In this document: positions 38,212 to 46,711 of the stretch, one piece after another
Numbering within the stretch: the stretch's first letter is position 1
How the letters are laid out: each line of letters opens with the position of its first letter
Source: Octopus bimaculoides
Lineage: Eukaryota
DNA: 46,711 bases
NCBI RefSeq assembly: GCF_001194135.2
Contig: NC_068982.1
Coordinates: 31,430,019 to 31,476,729 of the forward strand
Direction of reading: 5' to 3'
Program-made: the position numbers and the translations under genes
Notes under the pieces: generated by a model
Seen by the model: the letters and a program-made list of their open reading frames with translations, nothing else
Databases searched by the model: none
What the model was told of the DNA's origin: nothing

Positions 38212-40010
38212 CAGTGTCTGCCAAAGTGTGTGCCATGGCACAATGGTGTTCCGCAAGGAATTACTGGAGTGCCGTGAAAAATATTTTCGGGATTTTCGGG
38301 AAACGACGATCCAAGAACATTCGCAAAGTTCAAGTGTAAATACAAATTAATTATATAAATCATAAAATAGTTACATTTCCGCATTTAAACCGGAAATTTC
38401 TGTAAGTAAATTGTTTAGTAGTCCTTGTAGTTTTAATTTTTGATTCATTTATAATATACATAAATTATTTTATGTTAATTTTAATCGATTTTTAGTTTTA
38501 GATTTAAGCATAGACAAATTTTTATTGAGACCTCAGAAAAATGAGAAAGAGAGTCACAGCAGACAAGACGAATACCAGAATAAAGAGTCCACCTCATCAA
38601 AATAAACAAATATATATATATATAATGAAAATTGCATGGTTTTATATTATCGGAAAAAGACAACTCGGTTCCTTTTTGTATGATTTGTTTAACAGCACTC
38701 TCAAATGAAGCGATTCTTCCCATTAAACTTTAATATCATTTAATAACGAATCATCTGCAACAGAAGGAGAAGCCAAAAGAATACTTTGAGATGCTAAAAA
38801 ATAATCTAACATTTCAATGAAAAAAGCTGAAGAAATTTCACTCAATTCCCGAGGAAGCTCAAATCAACAGGTACAAGATTGTCCAGCTTTTGGCAAAGAA
38901 GAAAAAAAACACATTCTGATACCGAAAATGATTAGTGATAAAGCCGTCAAAAGAATTAAGACCATTCCTTTTTCTGCCTACACGATTTCTCATAAAATTC
39001 AAGACATTTTGCACGACATTGATGATCAACTTCTGCGAACATTTCACTGAAGCAAAAGAACGAACTCGAAAACTTGTGGGCCTTACAAATCGGTGAAAGC
39101 ACAAACATCAGCAACGAAGCTCAACTAATTTAATTTTTGCGAATCATCAGATGTGGTAAAATCATGTCAGTTTTTGTTTTGTTGTGAATTGAAAGAAAGA
39201 ACGACAGGAGATATCTTTAACCTGGTAAACCAAAATGTCGTATTGAGAGGGATGCAGTGACATGATTCACCGCGAAGCTTTGGTGTCAAAATCTCTACCT
39301 GATGGTCCCCTGAAGATGATGGATAATGTTGTTAAAGTAGTGAATTACATAAAATCGCATTCCCTACGGTGCAACCTTTTTGCATCCCTATGTGAAACTA
39401 CGGATTCTGATTTTAAGTTTTTACTGCTTTCTACAGAAGAGCGATGATTCTTGAAAGGAAAAATGGTCTCTTGGTTTATCTCTTTGCGAACTGAAATAAT
39501 GTTTCTTCGATGCTGAAAATTCTGGATTTGAATTTCTTAACGGTGATAATTGGTGGCTGGAAGTAGCATTTCTCAACAATCTGCAAGGAGCGAATGAAAA
39601 TGTTATTACAGTTACAGGCAAATTAGAGTATTTCACCGACAATTTAGAACTGTGGATAAGGAAAGTTAAAACCTCGCAGCTTGATTGCTTCCCAGGCAAA
39701 GAGGGTTTTCGAGACAATTTTTAAATTTTGTCAGAAGTGTAGATGACAGCAGAAAACCTCTCTGTATCATTTTCTACGTATTTTCCATCACTTGATTATC
39801 AAATGTACGAGTGTGTCATCAATCCTTTCGCAAGATACGAGATATATATATCATATGTTTATAAAACAATGTTATTTTATTGTTACTATAAGAAATTGTT
39901 TATTTTTATAATTACTAATAAAGTATATTCAATTTTGTTGGGATTTTTATTCGGTGTGCCGCAAAATAAATTGTCCTCACCCAGTCTGTCGCAAAGTAAA
40001 AAAAGTTTTA
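38212..40010 (+). mobile_element. hAT DNA transposon, Buster/Charlie type, decayed
   Basis: Left end cagtgtctgccaaagtgtgtgccatggcaca; CMICLTALSNEAILPIKL..HL (BED-like); KAVKRIKTIPFS..TISHKIQDI; LQIGESTNISNEAQL; MIHREALVSK; VVKVVNYIKSH; LLSTEER*FLKGK; INPF. Right subterminal tgtgccgc near 39955. Confidence 0.9.
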
Positions 40011-41487
40011 CATTATCATCTTTTCATTTGCGGTTTAAATCTACAGCTTGGTTGGTTCCGCTGCGTCGAATTTACACAGAAGACAATGATTCATTCTATG
40101 TATTTGTCAATAATCTCATCACCTTGTTGTTCTAGACAACTGTTCCCTACCACACTTTGCAAATCTACCTCCTTACACACTAGTAATCACCCTCTGTTGT
40201 TTGACAATTACCATTCAGCTATCCGCCAAATGCTAACGCAAAGTATGCGCTGTTATATTCAATTCACTCAATTGCACAAAACAAAACAATATTTTCCGTT
40301 CATACTAGCTACGTACATCCCATTACATGCAACTACATCCGCAGACCACCACACACATGCTCACACACATTTAGTAATCTATTCAGTTCACTCATCCATT
40401 ATATCGAAAGACAAAATTTGTTGTGTCTGTGTAACGTTTTTTCTTCCAAATTCCATCAAACATTCATTCAGAGTATGATGTCATAACACCGCAATGTTTA
40501 TGCTAACGGATGGTTTTTCTCTTTTCATTTCTTCAAAGAACACTGTCCGAAACGATATATCCTCTGTTACCTACTGCATAGTAAAATTATTTTTTAAATT
40601 CTGGTTTTGTTTATGTCCTTGTATATTGTTCATAGAAAATACTTCGATACGGAAAATCGTTGCCTATATATTTATGCAATATAAACATTTATTAAGATCT
40701 GTTAAAAGTCCGGCATTTAAATTATTGATTTTCCTTTGTATGTTGGCTAAATTTGTTTAAGTATGTATGCGGTATACATGCGATAATACGTTCTTTGTTT
40801 GTACTGCAAATTCTTGTGACTATAGAATTCTCTGTCTATATGTATTTAAATTATTCTTTATTCAGCCTTGCAATACGAATCAAAATTTTGTTTCTATGCA
40901 TAGATGAAACTGTGTGAAAAATATTTATGTGAATAATAATGTACAATGCGTATCATTATCTGATGAAAGAACAAATTCTATTGAAATCCATTGAAGATTT
41001 TTTTTAGAATATAGAAGTAATATATCATAAAATTGTTATTGCTATAAAACTGAATAAAACTCAACAAATGTTGATGTACTTGAATGAAACGGATTAAATA
41101 TACAAAAGCCACATACTCTGTGATAATCTAGCATTTCAAAGGTTTTCATAGCGTAACATAAATTGTTCGGATTCTTAACCTCATCGATTATGTTACCATC
41201 TTTCCAGCAAACTGAATAACCTGGTTAATATAAAGTTGTTTGGTGATAATTTATCTCATAAAATTATTTGTTCAATGAATTCTACAAATATTTTGGATAC
41301 GTTACGGAACGTATGTACGCTATTCTTAATTAAAAGGGAATGGAATTATACTGCGATTTACTAACAATTGTTACTATAGTGTTTAATATATTTTTTAATA
41401 GTGGAAGTCAAGGAAATGTTTTTAATCTAATTTTAATATAATAATCCAAAATTAATATTACTGCGTCACATATGAATCTATTCTTTT

Positions 41488-41915
41488 AGATCAAGTTTCC
41501 TCGACCTATACAGACGTTCCAGTCTCCCATCGCCCACTTGAACTCTGGAACTGACAGGCTGCTATCAATCACTAGTTTGTCAACATATGATGTAGCCGGT
41601 TGACCTCTTCAGCAGCTATGTGTTAATTCGCAGAGTAACACATCCCTGATGCAGTCATTCCTGACCCGGTAGCAGTGAGAGTACATCCCTGTAGAGGCCT
41701 TTATTGGTCACCCTTTGTTGCCATTCGATATTTAGTGAGTGACGGAGTAAGCGGGTGTGGCATCCATCTAGTTACTCCTGCAGTGATTTTGTCAATGTCC
41801 ACACTTTCAACTGTTACTTTGAAGAACAAGACATTTTGTCTTCTCGGAAGTGATGACTGCCAAATCCTGTTTTGTTTGCTGATAGCATTCAAGATTTGGG
41901 CCTTTTTGGTATTAA
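41488..41915 (-). mobile_element. RTE-clade LINE, 5'-truncated 3' end
   Basis: NRIWQSSLPRRQNVLFFKVTVESV; LDGCHTRLLRHSLNIEWQQRVTNK; HCYRVRNDCIRDVLL...RGQPATSYVDKL match the RTE ORF2 C-terminus across frameshifts. Confidence 0.88.
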
Positions 41916-41924
41916 GTTCTCTCT

Positions 41925-42185
41925 CTGGTGAAGTTAAAAATGCAATGCACAGAGATATTTGAAGTATTTGACCATTGAAAATGGGGAGAGCCTTATTATA
42001 GCTCCTCAAGATCAAGCACTGCAAGCAACTTAAGAAAATCTTAATATATAGAGAGTGTATCGGCAAAATGTAGAGTATGTGGAAGTTAGGATGAGAAATG
42101 TTTGTAGGATGCCCAAGTTGATCTGTGGAATATGTAAGAAACGTTGACATGATGAAGCTAGAAAAGATTTACACAGGAAACTTTG
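41925..42185 (+). pseudogene. R4/Dong-like relic, zinc-knuckle (CCHC) region
   Basis: ESLIIAPQDQAL; AKCRVCGS*DE; GCP; KKR.HDEAR across frameshifts. Confidence 0.82.
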
Positions 42186-42954
42186 TCAAAACGAGCCTTA
42201 GATGCAAGAATTATATGGTAAAATCATTAGTTAGAAAGGTAACTTGAGTTGCAAACATACAAGAGTTTGTTGGATGTTCCCATTGATACTGACAATTTCC
42301 ATTCTTCCCTCTTTTTCTCTTCGTTTTTCATTTTACTTCTTCTTCTAACCCACTTATTCATATTTCTCTGATGTCTCTTCTGGTTAACTAACACTTGCCT
42401 ATCATTTATATTATATTGTCGAAGTCATTGTTTTTTTCGTTTATACATATGTACATTTGCATATTCACTTATTATAATCAAAGCTTATATTACAGATGCA
42501 CTGAGTTGTTTATATTTTATTCACAACTAAGGTTGTTTTCTCTGGACTTCGACAATCCCACGATTAGGAAAAATGTTCCACTATGACACTTGCTGACGTC
42601 AGCATTCCAACACTTTCAATGAAATACGGAATTTCATATTTGTATTATCTTTTCTTTTTTTCAGCATTTCGATATAAATTTCTCTTTTTCTCTCTAACAC
42701 ACCATATAATTCTATTTCATTCTTTTCCATTGAGCACATGTAGAAGCAACGAAATATTTTGCCGCCGATACACACTCCTGCTTTAGTTTCCTATGTACTA
42801 AAACATTGGATCTCATTCCTCTTTTGATGAATTCGGTCAAATGAACTAATAGTCTGTTTCTGTGAAAAGCACTTAGATTGCAAAACCCATGTACATCTGC
42901 AACAAGAAGTATTTATTTTAATGCCATACATTATATGTATAAATGCACACACAC

Positions 42955-42961
42955 ATTTGAA

Positions 42962-43019
<58 letters not shown>

Positions 43020-43065
43020 GATAGATAGATAGATAGATAGATGGATAGATAGATAGATAGATAAA
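42955..43065. repeat. (GT)(TA)n(GATA)n compound microsatellite
   Basis: Directly visible. Confidence 0.95.
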
Positions 43066-43557
43066 TATCTGAATATAAGTACCTTCCAGTTGAAGTTGTA
43101 TGTTTTATAAACAATGTTCCATACTACGCTATTCGTCAGAATGTATTGACTTGAATACTCTATTATCGTTCCTTATTACGTAACATACGTGTTTATTGCA
43201 CCAATCATTGGTAATCCAAAACAGCTGTAAAGATAGAGCTTGGTTACATCATTCGTTGTTTTATTTATATAGGCAACTTTCCACGCAAATATATTCACAA
43301 CAGAAGAGAACTGCATGAAGCAGACTGGTTACCATTGCAACACCTGTCCGCATATATCGCCTTCCTACATCACACATCTAAGCAAAACGCCCTTTTCTAT
43401 CCCTCGCTTTACTACATGTTGTAAAGAAGCGGGTCACACCCCACCATAAAATAGAAACATAAGGTAAAACAAAAGGTAAAATTGCTTTGTTTTGTTTTCT
43501 CTTCATATTTTATCTCATTTCGTCGCATTGTTACGGCTTACCCATCATGTCTCTTTC

Positions 43558-43558
43558 G

Positions 43559-43611
<53 letters not shown>

Positions 43612-43722
43612 ATGCGTGTGTATGTGTGTGTACGTATGCATGTGTGTATATGTATGTATATATATATGTAAATATATGTGTATGTATATATATATGTTTA
43701 TATGTGTGTATATATGTATAAA
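43558..43722. repeat. (GT)n and degenerate (TA/GT) tract
   Basis: Directly visible. Confidence 0.95.
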
Positions 43723-44469
43723 AACATAATATGAAACCAGTGCCAAGAAGAAATATGTTATTTATGGAGTGGTCATTCAGTTAATTGTCCACTGTGTATA
43801 TGCGCGCGATTATGTGTATACGTGTGCTTGGTTGTGAATCCCTCTGTATAAAGTAATATTATTAGATTTACATTTCTTATAGCTATACAAATATGTCAGG
43901 TATAACTTCCGTAACCTGATCACCTAGTAGCACGTTCTTTTTAAATAATTCATTCGTGTTACCGGCGTTTCAAAGTTTAAAAGATGAGGGAGGTATATTT
44001 GTTCTCTATGTATTGGTGTAAATAATAAATAGTTACAAGCAAATATTACCTCTCTGTCAGGACGGAAAGTCAGCAACCGATATCTGATGAGGTGCTAATA
44101 ACTTCGAAATTAATCCGAGTGATCTCTCTCTTTCTAATTACAAACAGAAAATGTTATAACCTCCATTAATGTACACTTTTCACAAAGAAGCTAAATCATA
44201 TATTTCTCAAATTCGATTAGACGATAAGATTTCTACGAATTATATAAACATACACATATATCTTCACATGTTATGCATGTGCATATATATATACATACAT
44301 AGATTTATGTATTCGTATTGCAAGATTCTTGATGTCAACTCGTGTGTTGAAAGAGATATTGTTGTATTTGGGGATGGTCATGTTGCCAATTTATCCAATG
44401 AAAACACACGCACTATTTATTCGTTGTTCGCTTGCTTCAGCTTTATTTCATATTAATTATATTTTGTCC

Positions 44470-44590
44470 AGAGTTCACATGATCTAACAGCACTTGGACA
44501 TCTACCTGGTGGGGCCAGAGTAGAAAGTTGTCATCAACATATCGCAGCCACAGGGTTGGTTTTAGTGGTGTTGATCCTAAATCCAAGAAT
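44470..44590 (-). pseudogene. Penelope-like element reverse transcriptase fragment (catalytic YVDD)
   Basis: Open frame FLDLGSTPLKPTLWLRYVDDNFLLWPHQVDVQVLLDHVNS, typical of PLE RT (P..W.RYVDD.F..W.H......FL.HLNS). YVDD at 44541-44530. Confidence 0.88.
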
Positions 44591-44784
44591 TATTATTGGA
44601 CCTAACATTTTAGGTTGTGCAATCAGCGGTATGACAACTTTCTGATGCCTGTTTAAGTAAGTTTGCACTGTGATAGGCATGGAACCCGCGTGTGAAAGCC
44701 TGCGTGAAGCCGACCACAGGTGCATAATCCCACGTACGGACATTGCTGGTCCTTTGCATGGTCAGTGATGGTCTTCTTCAGTCA

Positions 44785-44809
44785 TGTATATATATAGATA
44801 GTCATGTAC

Positions 44810-44850
<41 letters not shown>

Positions 44851-44922
44851 CACACACGCACACACACACACACACACCACAAACATACACACACACATAT
44901 ATGTGAGTGTGTGTGTGTGTGC

Positions 44923-44962
<40 letters not shown>
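44785..44962. repeat. (TA)n-(CA)n-(GT)n-(TA)n compound microsatellite
   Basis: Directly visible; roughly self-complementary arrangement. Confidence 0.93.
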
Positions 44963-45179
44963 TGATTTACAAAGATCGTATGAAAGGTGTTTCGCATGGT
45001 AAAAGAAATTAAGATACAGCAAGCATCGGGATAGGGTTCTGTGATGCAAATGTTTTCAACACTCGCTACGTAAACGTCTGAGAACCAACCGGTCAAAATC
45101 TCAGTGAGCCTTCAGATAGATTTGAGAGTCAAAATAAATTGAAATTTTTGGGAACTGGGTCAGCAATTAATAGTGAATA

Positions 45180-45430
45180 GACACGCACACACATATTACA
45201 TACATAAATACATTCATACATATATATATACATTAATATATAAACATATTTACATATATATACACACATACACGCACACGTCTGTGTGTGTATATATATA
45301 TATGTATGTATAAATGTATAAGTATGTATATATATATTATATAAGAGATATATGCATACATATATAAGCGTGCATATTTTTATATAAATATATGTTCGTG
45401 TGCGTGTGTGCGTGTATGTATGCATATATT
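45180..45430. repeat. Degenerate CA/TA low-complexity tract
   Basis: Directly visible. Confidence 0.9.
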
Positions 45431-46629
45431 GTCTTTTGTTATTCTAAACATACCGTTGTCATTAAGTACTTGATTTTAATCATTGAGGATGATGCAAAAA
45501 GAAAATGTCGCTAAAAAGTCAATGTTAGGAAAAACGTGTAATCAACTCTAATTGATGGTTCTTTGGATAGACTTAAAGGACGATGATATAAAGGTAGCGT
45601 GATAAGATATAATCAGCAATAATTGGCGTACAAGTGTCATTATAACGTGCAACAAGAGAAAGGTTAATGCTAGTGAAAGGCAAAAATACTGAAATCTCAG
45701 TATAATCAACCAAGTCTAGAAAATAAAAGAGAAAGTTTTAGCAAGTTTAGTGTAGTATAACTTTAGTATCAAAGAGATATTTACATTTTTTATAATGTCA
45801 TGAAATCATACAGTGCGTATTTTCAGTGAGAAAACAAGTGAAACGAATGGGTAAGAAATATGGTTCACAAACACATGGTTGGGGTTCGATTCCACTTTTT
45901 GCTCATTATGCATATTTTCTTTTGTTTTTTTTATATCAAAACTATGGTTTTGATACATTCTCATAAGAAGAATTTGCGGAATCTTACTGCTGGACGGTTG
46001 CTATAAAAATTAAACTACAACAAGACGACTTTTAATCTCATTCTTTAGGGAGAGTGAGAAACTGCCTCATCGCATTCTCTTGGATTTCTTCGATATCTTG
46101 AAATTTTGTATTGGGATGTTTTCCATTAAGAAAACTGAGTCTCGGTTTCCGTGTCATAACCAGATTGTCACTTAGGCATTTACTCAAAAAACCAAGTGCA
46201 ACAATTTTTACTGATATAAATGTAAGTTTATAATCTGGTTATAGAAACTTCATGTTTGATTGCAGTTATCTGCAGTTCAACTTTTTCTCTTGTATGTATG
46301 CATGTATGTAGTTGAAATTTACAGAAAAACAAAAGACAGAGACAAGCAGGTGTATTACCGTGTCGCTATGTAAGTATGTATGTCAGTATACATGCATGTT
46401 ATACATGTATGTATGTATGTGCAAATGTCTGTGCATGACTGTAGATTATTTGGTGACTTATACTTGATACTCGGGCTCGTTAAGGGTGAGGTAGGTATCT
46501 CATGGATTAGACACAATAGCTATAAAATACCACGTAATTGATACCGCTTGTCGATGTGTCTGCAAGCATAAACACTTGCGTACATGCATAAATACGTAGA
46601 TACTAGTATAGTTACATACATTTGCATTG

Positions 46630-46669
46630 TGTATATATATATATCTGTATATATATAAATATATATCTG

Positions 46670-46711
<42 letters not shown>
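46630..46711. repeat. (TA)n with repeated atctgtatatata unit
   Basis: Directly visible at the window end. Confidence 0.9.

Noticed and set aside
40960-41000. CTGATGA...GAAA hammerhead-like motif
   Set aside because: Helix II is offset from GAAA and there is no helix I complementarity; likely chance in AT-rich DNA.
1-46711. CRISPR arrays, rRNA, clustered protocadherin or C2H2-ZNF exons, operon-like systems
   Set aside because: No repeat-spacer arrays, no rRNA-like blocks and no long intact ORFs; every long frame is a TE relic, a gap or a repeat.

Overview
AT-rich eukaryotic DNA with six N-gaps, many microsatellites and no intact host protein-coding gene that I can support. The repeat content (tRNA-derived SINEs, CA/TA/ATAC arrays) looks like a coleoid cephalopod, probably an Octopus short-read scaffold. 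This is inferred from remembered repeat families, not from a search. The window is mostly decayed transposons: three tRNA-type SINE families, R4/Dong-like RLE retrotransposon relics, an RTE LINE 3' end, a Penelope RT fragment, a full-length but dead mariner, a second mariner 5' fragment, a Tigger/pogo pseudogene and a Buster-type hAT. The clearest points of interest are a 430-bp dimeric SINE present twice with TSDs, SINE TSDs that all begin with AAT, a SINE carrying an internal microsatellite, and degenerate hammerhead-like motifs of the Penelope type. A few CpG- or motif-rich patches may be promoters or exons, but the evidence is weak. I see no clear new multi-gene system. Relic boundaries are approximate; translations were done by hand.
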